A stretch of DNA of 64,000 nt from Blasia pusilla (taxonomy: Eukaryota). Under the pieces are notes generated by a model. That model was not told the origin of the DNA, ran no database searches, and saw nothing but the letters and a program-made list of their open reading frames with translations. This document shows, piece by piece, positions 12,269 to 25,300 of the stretch (position 1 is the first letter of the stretch; the number at the start of each line of letters is the position of its first letter). The position numbers and the translations under genes are program-made. The DNA is taken from positions 8,494,001 to 8,558,000 of the forward strand of contig CM114271.1 in the NCBI GenBank assembly GCA_050084515.1, read 5' to 3'.

Positions 12269-12777
12269 TCACTCGTCATCGTCCGATAGCTCTTCCACAA
12301 TTACTCTCGGCTTTGCCCTCCCAATTTTCGGAATAAAAGGAAATGACGATGGTGTTACTATCAATGGTGGTTATGGAACTCGAGCTGTTGGCTTTGGAGG
12401 AGAGTTTTTTACTCCCACTAGCCTCTCGTAATCGGTCTCTGCCTCTTTGCAAAGGTCAAAAAGTTATGGCCTTCCCTCAAGGTAGAGAATGTTCCTGCCA
12501 CTATGCTAGGCGCCTCTGATACTCGCCCCTGATAGGTCCACTAAATCAAAGACTAGGTCACCCGACCTCAAGCATAGCTTGATGAGCGTTTGCATCAAGG
12601 CAGGTGACTTCTCCCTTCCTCCAAGTAAGGGGGTCCCGTCCTGCATGAAAATTCCGGGGGGGATTGTAGAGACTATCTAAGTTGTATCCATTGGAGCATG
12701 GATCCACTGGATCCGGGATCAGGAACACTTGGAAGTTGTGCTCGGGCCTTACAAAGCAGTAGAAAAATGAATGGTCC
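12269..12777 (-). pseudogene. MTase-like exon 4 of copy E
   Basis: Translates as DHSFFYCFVRPEHNFQ...GGREKSPALMQTLIKLCLRSGDLVFDLVDLSGASIRGA*HSGRNILYLEGR...ELSDDDE*. Confidence 0.8.
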
Positions 12778-14076
12778 TGTAATGTATTAGAAGTTTAGGA
12801 ATTGATATTTTTACAATAATTTTAATGAGTTCGAACCCCAAGAGGATCACGATTATGTGGAAACAGAGTTCAAGATGGCATTTATCTTGCAATAATTGTA
12901 GTTAAGTGTTTACAATTCGGATTCAATCACTTATCAATGTATTCTTCTCTCTCTTAGTACCAATAATTCTTTCCTCGATTCTCTCTAGTGGAATTGAATT
13001 CACGCTCAAGTAGATTTTCACTCAACATCAAAGAACCTCATAGAGACCTCAACAAGAAGCTGGCTTCTCCTACTTTTGGAACTCAATCCGTCTAGGCAGG
13101 CTACTCTCTGTCGAGCAGATTTCTTACAACTCAATGTTGATTATTCTAAGGATGAAAGTGTTCTCCTGATTCACTCTTCACTCTACAGACCCAATAAGAA
13201 TTCTCAGACATTGATATCGCACATCAGAATGAAGAAATGAGTGCTTTACTTCTCCATCAAGAATGAGAAAGCTTCAAAGTGTTATACAAGCTGGAGAGGG
13301 TACTACTCCCTTGCTCGGACCATTCCTACAGCATAAGGACTTCGTGAAAGAATGATGATGATAGCTACTTTCATGCTTCTTAAATATCTTCCAAGGGAGT
13401 AGTAGGTCCAAAGATCTGAAGCGTCTCTTACGAATCTATTGTCTATTGAGAATTTTTAACTACCTTGATCAACGGTTCTCTTATCTTTTCCTATGATCGC
13501 TATGAATCCGCTAGGCGTAACTGTCCTAACTTCCTATCTGGTCCAAAAAGTCACGCCTCTTCCTGGTCTAACTGTTCTAACAGTGTGTTTCTTGAAATCA
13601 CTTCGAGTCTTAGCTTTGCTTTGTTGCTAAGTCTGGACTTCTTCTTCTTCCCTTGAGGACAAAGCTCTTCCTAAGGACGAAGCTCTGCATTCTTCGCTCT
13701 TGTTCTAGGTGCTTCGTTCTTCGTGCTTCGCTGAAGAGCGAAGTACTTCTTTATCTTTGTCTTCATCATGCTGCGTTCAAGAGCAAAGCACTTCATTAAC
13801 AAGTTCTTAATAAGGCTTTGTTGTCTTTTTCAAGCTTCGCTCTTAGTCTTTAGACTTTGTTTCTGCATTTCCATCTCCTCTAAGGCAAATCCTTGATTCT
13901 CCACCTCTCTAACTTGTCATAGGAGCTTTGTGATCCATTTCAATATTACTCATTCTTCCAATTCACAAACATAATATCTAAAAAAATCTTATATGTACAA
14001 TCTTCAGTTCATAGAATCTATATTCCTTGAATCAAAATGTATAAATCTCTAAAAGTACAAAATTGTGGGTATCACA
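12778..14076 (-). repeat. 3' LTR of gypsy copy 1 (about 1.3 kb, TGTAAT...ATCACA)
   Basis: TG...CA termini. Near-identical to 22172-22605 and homologous to 57673-58966. A PPT (TGAGAGAGGGGG on the minus strand) lies at 14079-14090. Confidence 0.88.
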
Positions 14077-14149
14077 TACCCCCTCTCTCAATTATGAGCC
14101 GCCCTAGTGAATACTTTATGATGCATCATCTAAATCCATAAAGGTGTCT

Positions 14150-16280
14150 TCTAAGTTATCAAACTTAGTTGCAGGAGGAAAACGCCCATGAATCGTTAAA
14201 GGTTTTTTGATGATATTCGATGTGTGATTCTTCATTTTCTCTCGCACCATTTAATGACTACCATCAAATTTCCAAACACTTCGTTCTCAACGAGAACATC
14301 CGAGGGTGTAAACGAAGGAAGTTCTTGAAGATTAACTATATGAGTAGGTGTTACTTGCGGAAGAGACTTCATTTGATTATCGAACTGGCGCTCCCAATGT
14401 TTGTTGATATAGGCAATTTTTTTGTTCATTTGTTGTCCGAAGGTCATCCCTGCTTCGTCAAAAATTTCTTTCACATCTTCAGGGTCTAGCTGTACTTCAT
14501 TGAGAAGTTTTTGTTCTGCCTCCAAGATTGAGATCCTCCCTGTGGCCTCTGACAGTTGTGCGACTAAATCCGTATTAGTTTCCTATTGATCTTGAAGTAA
14601 CTTAGATATCCACGCGTTCTATGTTGCTACTTTCTTGAACTCGTGGTGGAGAAGATGCACTTGGTGTCGATATTGTTGAATCAACTGCGAAGCTTCCTTG
14701 ACTTGGGATATCAACTGATCCGCCCCTAACTCCATATTGATTGCCAAGCTTTCCCATTGTCGTGCATTTTAATATTCATATTGAGCTTGTACTAACTTGG
14801 TTTGAGCTCTACGAAGCATCATTTTAGTGTCTTCGACTTCTTGATTCTGAAGCTCGAGGTTTTTCTCCGCCACTCTTCGCTGTGCTTTGTTCTCTGACAA
14901 AGCTTGTGATCTACAATTCATATCATCAAGCGCTTGTAAATAGTGGTCCACCTCTGCTTCGTCGATAAGATGTAGTACTTGCTGGAGCTAGTTTATAACG
15001 GGAATGGCCAGATTAAGAAACCACACCATGTGCATTGCGGTCTATGTCATGCGACAAAGAGTAGGGGGCTCGTCGCTAGTGCGAGGAGTCTCGACCGAAT
15101 CCTCTTGGGGCGACGGGTCTATGTCTGACGGCGTCTCAAAATTTACCCTTCCACGTTTGGGTCTCGGAAGTTCAATTTGTGCTTCGTCTTTTCCTGAAGC
15201 CAAAGTATGGGGATGTATCTTGTGAATTGAGTCGCGGGTCGGGGTGACTTCACGGAGGGTAAAGTGTTGCCCGCCTTCAGTAAGCGTACTGGCCTCACTT
15301 GGTTCCAATCTAGCTCTTCATCAACTGTCAGTTCCTGCTTTTGAACATACAAGTGAATTAAAAATGGTGACAAGAAAGATTTGGTGCTCAGATAAAGGGC
15401 TTCGAGCATTGCGCATACATGTCCATCCAAGAATTTTGCGAAGTCAACACCTGGTGCTTCGGGGTCCAGATGTTGATTCCTGAGACGTAGCACATCTTAA
15501 CAAGCTTATTTGTCAAGTAATAAGAACGAGCAAGATAGAACAAGGTCATCAAATGCTCGCAAAACTGTCCAAACAAGGGGGGAGACAACGAAGTAGCCTT
15601 GTAGCCATTTCTGCCTAATCGGTCCGGCGTTACACAACCAAGTGTCAACAAGTCTTCGTGCTTTACCATCAAGTCAATGTCATACTCATACTCAGGAGCA
15701 GCAGGAAGTAGGGAAGTGGCTCGCCAATCATGTGTAGTCCAGTGTTGTGGCTAGGCTCGATACTATTGAAGATTAAGTTACAGTCAAGCTCATGAGACAC
15801 TTGAACTGCTACATTTGGCACTCACACGAAGTAGGGAAGCTTAATCTTGGTTAGTCATTTAAGCACGATTATCTTAACTAGGGTTAATTAATCACCATTA
15901 GTCTAACTTGAGACTATGGTTAAGGGTAGGGTTAGGGTTCCTTGTACATACCCTATATAATTGAGAAGAGGACCAGCCTCCACTTATTCTCTCATTGCAA
16001 ATTTTTTTCTCCATGGTGATGTGTGTGTGTGAGAGCCGTTTTCCACGAGTTATGCTTGTTTAGCAGTTTTCCACATATATCAGAATCCCCTCTTCGTGAA
16101 TCTTGCAGCTGCGCCTGAGGAGCGAAGCTCCCCTAGAAGCTCGCATGACGTCAATGTCCAATTTGATTAAAAGAATATCGCCACGGATTGTTCCTCGAGT
16201 GCTTCGATTAATTCGGGTGACAACTTTATGAGTGGCATGGCCGCACTTTGAAGGATGGGCGTTGCGTCTTCATGAGGCAT
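14150..16280 (-). pseudogene. Extra 3' ORF of gypsy copy 1 (coiled-coil rich), interrupted by a copia solo LTR
   Basis: ORF fragments 14232-14525, 14769-14951, 15042-15308, 15143-15493 and 15388-15672 match 25237-27116. Confidence 0.7.
15764..16075 (+). repeat. Ty1/copia solo LTR
   Basis: Homologous to 5711-6023 and absent at the equivalent site of gypsy copy 2 (about 26915). TSD is degenerate (GATAC/TATAT). Confidence 0.85.
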
Positions 16281-16339
16281 CGTGAATGTCGGGAGAAGTA
16301 CCCTCATGTTTGAGAATATCATGAGTTGCGGTTCATGAT

Positions 16340-19300
16340 ATTGTCAAACATGCATGCGATTGATTAGAGTGGGTAATGCTTCTCCGGTTAAGGTTTCCAA
16401 CTGCAGTGATCCATTGTCATATATTGCGATCACCCGATAGGATCCCATCTAGTTTAATTTTAGCTTCCCGGGAAACTTCAGCCGATGGTTATCATACAGC
16501 AACACCAGGTCCCCGATGTTGATGGATTGTGGCCGTAGATGTTGGTTGTATTGTTATTTATGTTCGTCTTTTACGCATTTGGTATGGCGTAGAGATAAGA
16601 CCCGTGCTTCCTCCAAGGCTACTAAGGTCTCATTTCTTGCGTGGAGAATTCCTGTGGCATCCTCCATTCTATTTCCCTCCAATACGAGATAAGTGGGCAG
16701 AGCCCATTCAATAGGGGTCAAAGGTTGAACTCCATAAGTAAGATAGAACGGGGTATACTTAGTAGTGACCTTCTCTGATGTTCGGTAGGCCCATAATGCC
16801 GCTAAGATTTTCACCTCCCAATGATAGGAATATGTAACCGTCAAGCGATTCAGTATCCGGCGGATCAGTCCGTTAGATGTTTTGGTTAACCCATTGGCTT
16901 TAGGGTTTTACGACGTGGTCTTCCGATGCTTGATTAAGAAGTGGGAAGTTAGGGACTCAATAGTCTTGTTCAAGAAGTGAGTGCCTTGATCACTTACTAA
17001 TTCCAATGGGCAACCATATTGAGTGAAAATTATTTCATATAAAAACTTGGCCACTGCCTCACGGTCATCTTTTCACATGGCCACCACCTCGACTATCTTG
17101 GTACAATATTCAGTGGCTATAAGGATATACTTCCACCTTGTTTGGCGGGTAGCGGGGGAAATAGGGCCCACAAAGTCAATACCCCATTTTTCAAAAGGGG
17201 CTAGCGGCATGATGGGTACCAAAGGCCACCGCGAGGTAGCGGTTGGTCGACCAACTCTTTGACAGGCATCACAACTCTGAATAAATTGGCCTACATCCTT
17301 GTACATGGTTGGCCACTAGTAACACGCGGCCAAGATTTTTTTTGATAGTGTTCTTGACGGCATAGTGTCCCCCAGAATCGGCCGCATGCATGGCCCTAAT
17401 AACGTGGGGAATTTTGTCTGTTTCCAAGCATCGTCAGTACTCTTCATCAGCACCTAATTTAAATAATACTCCCCGACACAACTCATATGGTCCTATCTTA
17501 TGTAAAAGGACTGCTCGTTCACCCACCGTCATAGGGGCTCGAAGTTGGAGGGTAATCAGAAAACGCAAAATATCTTCATGCAGGGATTGCCACAATCGGT
17601 CCTCAGTAATTTGGAACACGTCCTCGTCGGGGAAGGTATCATCCAAGGTCTGTGTAAGGTCCGCATTCGTCATCCGCAACCGGGATATGAAATTTGCGTT
17701 GGTATGGACCTTCCCTGCATGGGTAATTACATCAAATGTAAATTCCTGAAGTAACAAGATCCAATGCGCAATGCAACCTGAAAGGTCCGCCTTGACCATT
17801 AACGGTCGGAGTGCAAAATGGTCCATATGAAAGACAAACTCATACCCCAATAATGGCAAAACTTCTTGCCGTTCAGTAGTGGTATATTTCTATTCGACTG
17901 AAGATAGTTGTCGTCCTGCGTAAAAAATCGGATAATCGTGTTTGTTTTCATCAAGTTGGCTAAGCACCACCCCAATGGCAAACAACGATGTGTCCACATA
18001 CACCTGGAAGGGTTTCGTCCAGTCCGGGGACCAAAGTATGGGAGCTACAAGCAATGCTTGTTTCAATGTTGCAAATGCGACTTGGCAGGTTGGGATCCAT
18101 TCCCATTGGGTGGCCTTCTTAAGCAACGCGGTTAATGCTCATGCTTTTACCGCATAATCCTTAATGAACCGTCGATAGTATCTGACATGGCCCAGGAAGC
18201 CTCTCAATTCTCTGAGATTTGTGAGAGGTTCCAATGCTATAATAATATCTACTTTGGCCTTATCGACCTCAATTCCTTGGGCAGAAACTCGGTGTCCGAG
18301 CAAGATGCCTTGTCTCATAGCAATATATGATTTTTCAGGGTGGAGGGATAAATGCACTTTTCGGCATCGTGCCAAGGTTAATTCCAATTTTTGTAAATTC
18401 TCTACTGCTGTGCTGAAAATACAAAAGTCATCGAGGAAAATTTTGACAAACTTCCGCAGGTATCGTTGGAAGATAGAGATCATCATTCGCTAGAAGGTTT
18501 CCGCCACATTGCACAAACTAAACGACATTACTCGATACGTAAAGGTGCCCCAGTCCGTGGTGAAAGTCATTAGGGGCTGATCTTTCTCCCTAATGGATAC
18601 TTGGTTATACCTAGAGTACCTGTCCAAAAATGTATAACGATCGTGACCAGCAACTTTATCCAAAATACTGTCGGTGAAGGGTAGGGGATGATGGTCCTTC
18701 AAGGTGGCCACATTCAATTTCCGATAATCTTGGCACACCCTAATTTTCCCGGTTTTTTTCTTGGGTATAATTACAATGGGAGAAACCCACTCGCTACTTA
18801 ACAGGGGTTAAATTATTCCTACTTCTAGACGTTGGTCAATTTTGTCCTTGACCAACAACGAGTATTTAGGATTGAGGCGATACTGCCTCATCCGCACCTG
18901 GATAGCGCATGCTTTAAGATCGCTTTGGTATTCACCATACTGTGTTGGAATGCATGTCATTTCATCCATGGAATATGCAAACACATCCAAGTACTCAAGC
19001 AATAAGTTTTTCTACTTAGTGAGTTCTGTAGGAGACAATTTTGCCAATAGGCGTAAGGACTTCTGACTCGTGACTGGGACCTGTACATAGTCCTTTTCCT
19101 AAACCATATTTTCTGTAAATTGGAATGTGCTATGGCCTAGCTTTTCTTCCTCTTGGGTCAACCTCTGTTCCCTAGAGGCTGACTCTTCTTCAATTTCACT
19201 CTAAATAATATACGGTAGATGAGGACTAGGTAGCTGTGGTTTGATCTTGGTCTGAGGTATAGCCCTTATCAGTCAAGGGCGTTTCTCCTTGAGATAGTTG

Positions 19301-19870
19301 TGATTTCCATGAAAGCTTGATGAGTCTTTTTGGGACCAGGTCCGGAGCTTGGAATGTGAACCGTCTCCTTTTCCAGTCGGTGGTCACTCATGCACCATAG
19401 AGCCAGAGCCTTCCAATCAGCAAGGGATATCCCGTGGCCATCAAGGGTTGCAACACTAAGTAATCCAGTAGAAATAAGACATCTCCCAGCATCATTGGAA
19501 TCTGAGTGAGCTATCCAAGGGGTCACTTCCGGGACTGATTTGCAAACCGTAGATATTTGTCGATGCGCTCGTACCTTGTGTACCCCAATGCATGGGCTGT
19601 CTATTCATAATATTAATTCCAGTCCCAGAGTCAATGGGGACCTTCTTAATGGTGTGTCCCTTGATCTCAACTTCTACCTCTGGGGCTCCCAAATCTTCTA
19701 CTTCGATACAGAACAAATCCACTAGTGGTAGACTCTTTGAGAACTTCTTGGGTTTCCTTCGGTGACTTCGGTCGAAGGCAAGGTCAACATCTCCTTTGAG
19801 AATGGCCTTCTCGACGCGGAAGGTGTCAATCTTTTTCTTCTTGGGGTCTTTGTCTTTGTGCAAAGACGAA
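16340..19870 (-). pseudogene. Gypsy pol (PR, RT, RNase H, integrase), copy 1
   Basis: VPIDSG protease, CQDYRKLN and IFLDDFCIF RT, YVDTS RNase H, CDACQR, WGIDFVGP and ALWAYRT integrase. Confidence 0.9.
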
Positions 19871-19899
19871 GCCCCTTTTCTCGTTTTGGTTGTCCGAGC

Positions 19900-21720
19900 G
19901 GTTTGGGTCTTGGACCTCGTTGTGACAGCAAGAATTTCATTATGGAGTTCCTTGGGCCAGTCCGATGATTATTTGGGTGCCGTTGTGTTGGAGTCCTCGT
20001 CCTTGATGGTGACTTGCCTTGTCTTGGGGGACCCTAACTCTTCCACTCGAACGAGTTGCACATTTACTTCATTCTTGGAGTGTGTTTGGGCTGTTGGGGT
20101 GTTTACATACTTGACCAACAACTGCGGGACCTTGGGCTCCGGGCACTCGAGTGTAGTGTGCCCGCCCTTATTGCAATTCTTGCACAACGAATTGAGTCCT
20201 TCTGACCTCTTGGGATTTGGGCAATTATTGGCCCTATGGTCAGCTGCCCCACAATTTTAACAACAATTCCTTTTTATGGGTGGCGTGAAGGCTGTAGAGC
20301 CCATAATCTGTCTCAGGGGTCTCTGTTCCCCGTATTCCGGAGGCACATACCTTGGGATCCAACTTCATCCGGGATTAGGGGTTGGCATGGCTTGAATTGC
20401 ATAGCAACCTTCCCATTGTTTGGCTTCATACCACCCTTCTTCCATAGTTGGATCTTCCTGGATCCAACGTAGATCCCTCAGAAGGTGGCACTCCAAGGCA
20501 GTGTGCCCTTGGCTTCCATAGGTACTGCACCATATGTTGGGCCTCATCAGACCTGGTCTTCTTTTGGGGTCCTTCTAGGCCGCCAGATGTACTTTCAACT
20601 CCACCATTTTTTTACTTAACTCTTCAATGGCAGGCTTGCCTGCCTTCCTCGCGATCCCTCGTACTGGACTTATAGACCTCTGGGGGACCTACTTTGTTGG
20701 CATGGTTTTTCGTCTATGCTGGGGAGAGAGGTGGCGGGTGCTTTTTTTCTTCCGTTTGGATTTTAGATCTTCGGAGTCTGAGGGCCCCGTGGTGCCATCG
20801 GTGGAGGCTTCGGTGTCTGTAGAGGACGCTTCGTCCTCGGAGGGTGAACTAGTGTGCGACGAACCTCGCCGTTGATGACGCCGTCTTCGCATTTTGTGGG
20901 ACTTCTCGGAGGCCTTGTACGCCTCTGTTGATGCAATGATTTCTTCTAGGGAATCTTGTTGGCCTTGGCGGCAGTACCGGTCCATTTCCTTGGACAGTCC
21001 CGACACAAACCAATCTACCAACTGTGAGGTAGTTGTGAGTTCAAGTTTGTTTACGAGGCTTCGGAATCTTTGGGTGTATTCCCTAAGAGTTTCCTTCTTT
21101 TTACGTTTTAGATCATGAAGCTTCGTCAGAAGCCTGTCCTCGAACTCCAAGTCACAAAACTCATGAAGAAAGGCCTCCAGTACCCTCTTCGAGGTTTTAG
21201 TGACTTCCGCTCCCAAGCCCTCGTACCACTGGCTTGCTCGCTTCTTTAGCAGGACGGGAAATACTCGCAGCAAATCTTCCTCTAAGCCTTCTCCATTAGC
21301 CTTAGCTACATGGGTAAACTTGAGCACAAAGTTGTCAACATCATCTCTTCGTCCTCCCGCAAACGTGGTATATCTTAGCAGTGTCTTCCTATAATTAGCT
21401 ATCGGGAAATTTTGGCTACTAGGTCCCGGACTTGATGTTTGGGAAGGAGGAGATAGAGGGTCCGATCTAGTTGGTCTAGCCGGCCCCTCGTCCCCCTCAT
21501 CTCCAAAGGGATTCCAGGTTGACTCTTCATCCGGCTGCGAAGTGGCAAGAGACGTGTTGGGGAGCGAACTCCTATCCCTCTTTTTGCTCTTCGGCTTTGT
21601 TTGAGGACAAAGACTGGGAGATGCTCCCGGCGGTCTCCAAGACGGATGATCTTCTTGTTGCTTACTACGTCGGTCAGCTCGCTGATCTCAAGCGGATGGC
21701 CGGAAGGCTTCCCTGAGTCC
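19900..21720 (-). pseudogene. Gypsy gag with CCHC knuckles, copy 1
   Basis: ORF 20689-21327 (ASQWY...ETLREYTQRF) and knuckles such as CKNCNKGGHTTLEC. Confidence 0.85.
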
Positions 21721-21798
21721 CTCTTGGGATTCATGAGCTTGGTTGCGCACCCATGACTACTATAGGGTATCGATCTATGGAGAGAAAGTTGAGTCATC

Positions 21799-22128
21799 CT
21801 AATTCCTCTGGAAGTGTGAATGTGCTCTCAATCTACTTGCCAGGTTTTCCTCCCATAAACAAAAGTATCGGGTCATCACCAAGTACAATTGACGTTCATG
21901 GGTGAAGCAACGTTCGGCAACGGGTTCTTTGACAATACTAATTAACTGTTCTATCTTCTCTAGTACTAATGCAGCAAAAAGATTGCTATCCTGTTCCATC
22001 CATTGTCTTAGGGGAATAGCTAGAGATAGGAGATGATCTTCAGTGAGAACTAGATGGTTAGGCCTCCTAGGCAACGAGGCTTTTTCCCCGGGCCTGGGGT
22101 TACCCATCATCCTCTCTCTTTCCAGCAA
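21799..22128 (-). CDS. Short 5' extra ORF upstream of gag, function unknown
   Basis: Protein-level conservation with 57330-57605 (RRPNHLVL.ED.LLSL.IPLRQWM...ERQLYLVMTRYFCLWEENLA). Confidence 0.5.
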   Translation of the reverse strand: MLERERMMGNPRPGEKASLPRRPNHLVLTEDHLLSLAIPLRQWMEQDSNLFAALVLEKIEQLISIVKEPVAERCFTHERQLYLVMTRYFCLWEENLASRLRAHSHFQRN

Positions 22129-22138
22129 ATCTTATGAT

Positions 22139-22155
22139 CCCCGGTAGCGGCGCCA
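22139..22155 (-). promoter_or_regulatory. Athila-type PBS-like motif (TGGCGCCGCTACCGGGG)
   Basis: Lies about 16 nt inside the 5' LTR end. The equivalent motif TGGCACTGCTGCCGG is at about 57640-57654. Confidence 0.6.
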
Positions 22156-22171
22156 AGAGTTTGTTGCTATA

Positions 22172-22605
22172 TGTAATTTATAAGAAGTTTACGAATTGAT
22201 CTTTTTACAATAATTTTAATGAGTTCGATTCCCAAGAGGATCACGATTATGTGGAAATAGAGTTCAAGATGGCATTTATCTTGCAATAGTTGTAGTTAAG
22301 TGTTTACAATTCAGATTCAATCACTTATCAGTGTATTCTTCTCTCTCTTAGTACCAAGATTTCTTTCCTCGATTCTCTCTAGTGGAATTGAATTCACGCT
22401 CAAGTAGATTTTCACTCAACATCAAAGAACCTTATAGAGACCTCAACAAGAAGATGGCTTCTCCTACTTTCGGAACTCAATCCATCTAGGCAGGCTACTC
22501 TCTGTCAAGCAGATGTCTTACAACTCAATGTTGATTATTCTAATGATGAAGGCGTTCTCCTGATTCACTCTTCACTCTACAGACCCAATAAGAATTCTCA
22601 GGCAT
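22172..22605 (-). repeat. Truncated 5' LTR of gypsy copy 1
   Basis: Near-identical to 12778-13210. Confidence 0.85.
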
Positions 22606-24414
22606 CCATACATGTGGACCATCAAGGTCCAGCACCTCACCAGTATCTCGACGAATGGTCGTAAGTAAATCTGGCTCTCTGCCATAAAGTAGCAAGTATG
22701 GTGAAAAAGACGCTAAGGATGCCTACTTGCTAAATCTCTATCCTATCGCCAACCAGGGCAACTGGAGGTCCCAATATCCTAGGTGACCTCCTTGCAAGTC
22801 ATACTTGCGTAAACCCCTCTTCACCCTCTGCACAACTCTCTCCGCTAATCCATCCGCCTCAAGATGATCTTGCAAAGTCGTGCGGTGATCGATCAGCGCG
22901 TGATCACACAAGGCTTGGAACTCACCGCGAAACTCGGTACCTTGGTCTGTCAACACCTCAGCCGGTATGCCATAATGACTCAACACTCTATCAAGGAAGG
23001 CATAAGCTACTCCCTCACTTTCTTTGTCAGGCAATGCAACCAACTCGATCCACTTCAAGAAGTGCTTGACCATCACCAACACATAACGACCGTGACGCTC
23101 CGTCAAAGGCAAAGGTCGTGCAAAATCCAAACTCCATCTATACCCTAAGCCCATGATCGATAATGGATGCAACTGTGGATTCGGAGCATTGAACGATGCT
23201 TAGACCCGATCACACACCATGCACCTTGCAACAAACATGCCTCGCCACCAATACTGAATTTGGAGCAAGTTGTACGTCCGCTTCATCCCAAAGTGACCCA
23301 ACTCCTCGTGGGCATGCTGCACTAGTTGTGATCTCTGCAAAGGATGCAGCACTACGCGTACTCTGCCATCCTCCCAAACCCTCAAAACATGTGTCCCCTC
23401 CCAACGGAACCGTCTCGCCCGCTGTAGGATCCGATCTCGCTCTCTAGTACCCACGGTGCTCGCAACGCCACCTATACAAAGCTACTCCAAGACTACTCCA
23501 TCATCATGAATATCACGACCACCTGTCGTCTCCTCACTGGCCTCGGGATCCAAGGACTCTCCACTAGACCTTGTCGTCAAAGTCTCCACACTCTGGCTCT
23601 CCATAGCCGACATGCCTAAATAGGTTGACGCGTGCCATCCTGGCACTGACTCCTCATCACTCTCTCCATGCCATCGAGCTCCAGTCCCATCTCGCTGACT
23701 CGGGCATGGGTCATGACTCAACCCATCTGCATCTTGGTTGAGCATCCCAGGTCTATGTACCACCTGAAAATCATACTCATGCAACAACAGAGCCCATCTC
23801 GCAAGCTTCCATGTAAGCTTTTCAGACTCCATCAACCATTTCAGTGGTTGATGATCAGTGATGATGGTAAAGGGATTGCCGAATAAGTAACACTTGAAAT
23901 GCGCGACAATCCACACCGTAGCCAAGCACTCACCCTCATAAAAGTTGTACTTTGTCTCTGTAGTATTATTTGAGCGGATAGCGTAAGCCACCACAAATTC
24001 TCTACCCTCATCATCATGCTGGGTGAGCACTGCTCCAAGCCCCAACATGCTCCAATCTGTGTGCAATTGGAAAGGACGCCCCCTGATCGGTTTCCTCAAG
24101 ATGGGCACAGACGTCACACTATCCTTGAGCAACTGAAATGCTCGCTCCTGCTCATCCCCCCCAGTGCCACTCGTGATCCACTTTGGTCAGCAAGGTGAGC
24201 AACTTCGCAATCGAATTGAATCCCTTGACGTACCGTCGATAGAAGGTTGCCAATCCCATGAATGCGCGAACACGGCTCACATCTGTAGCCTCTACCTTGG
24301 TCTGCTGTACACCAAGGCCCTCTGGGTATATCGTATGACCCAAGTACTCAATCTGGTCGTAGAAGAACTTGCACTTGCCTGGATGTAGCTTCAGCCCATA
24401 TAATTGAAACACCT
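22606..24414 (-). pseudogene. Fragment of a different Ty3/gypsy pol (RT end, RNase H, integrase)
   Basis: LHTDWS, ITDHQPLKWL, HEELGHFG, CMVCDR, WSLDFARP, VLTDQGTEF and GLAERVV motifs. Confidence 0.88.
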
Positions 24415-25300
24415 TGTAATATACAAGAGTTTCTATTTTACAGTCGTTTACTAAGTTCGATCCCAAGAGGATCATTGTTTGATGAAAAGAGAGTTCAAAA
24501 TTACAATTCCGTTGTAATAGTTGTATTTAAATGTGTATGAGTTATATTCAATGTCTTATCAATATCTTCGGATCTTTCCTAGTACCAAAGTTTCTTTTCT
24601 CAATTCTCTCTAGTGGAGTTGACAGCATGCTTAGGTAGATTTCCTCTCGATATCAAGAAACCTCATAGAGACCTCAACATGAAAGTTGGCTTCTCCTACT
24701 TTCGAAACTCAATCCATCTCGGCAGGCTACTCTCTGTCCAACAGATTTCCTACAACTCTATGTTGATTATTCCATTGGTGAGAAAGGTTCGTCTGATTCA
24801 CTCTTCACTCTACAGACCCAAAAAGAATACTCACACATAACCATTGCACATCAGAATGAATGAATGATTGCTTTACTACTCCATCAAAAATGAGAAAGCT
24901 TGAAAAGTGTATACAAGCTCGAGAGGGTACTACTCCCTTGCTCGGACCATTCCTACAGCATGAGGACGTCGTAAGAGAATGATGATGACAGCTACTTCTA
25001 TGCTTCTTAAATACTCTCTGAAGGAGGAGTGATCTAAAGATTTGAAGCACTTTTTTATGGAGCTGGTGTCTCTTCAATATTTGTAACTACCTAGATCTAT
25101 GGTGCTCTATTCTTTTCCTAAGATCCCTATGAATCCGTAGAACAAAACTGTCATAACTACCAATTTGATACAAAGGGTTACGTCTTTTCCTATTCTAACT
25201 GTTCTAACTATGTGTCGCGTGAAATCACTGTCAATCTTAGCTTCGCTTTGCTGCTAAGTCTGGACCTCTTTTGCTTTGCTTGAGGATGAAGCTCTTTCTC
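24415..25300 (-). repeat. 3' LTR of gypsy copy 2; its inner part and the PPT are deleted
   Basis: Highly similar to 57673-58560, then jumps into the extra ORF. Confidence 0.85.

Larger units (their letters stand above)
10565..12777 (+). mobile_element. Diverged MULE copy E (left terminus to MTase exon 4), inserted in copy D and cut off by a gypsy LTR
   Basis: Starts GGGGGCTGGTATTCTAGCAGGGGAGAGGAAGAGAGG, carries palindromes at about 11100-11790, and has an MTase exon homologue at 12269-12777. Confidence 0.8.
12778..22605 (-). mobile_element. Ty3/gypsy LTR retrotransposon copy 1 (Athila-like non-chromovirus), degenerate, 5' LTR truncated
   Basis: LTR, PPT, extra ORF, INT, RH, RT, PR, gag, 5' ORF, PBS and LTR are all collinear with copy 2. 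Confidence 0.88.
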
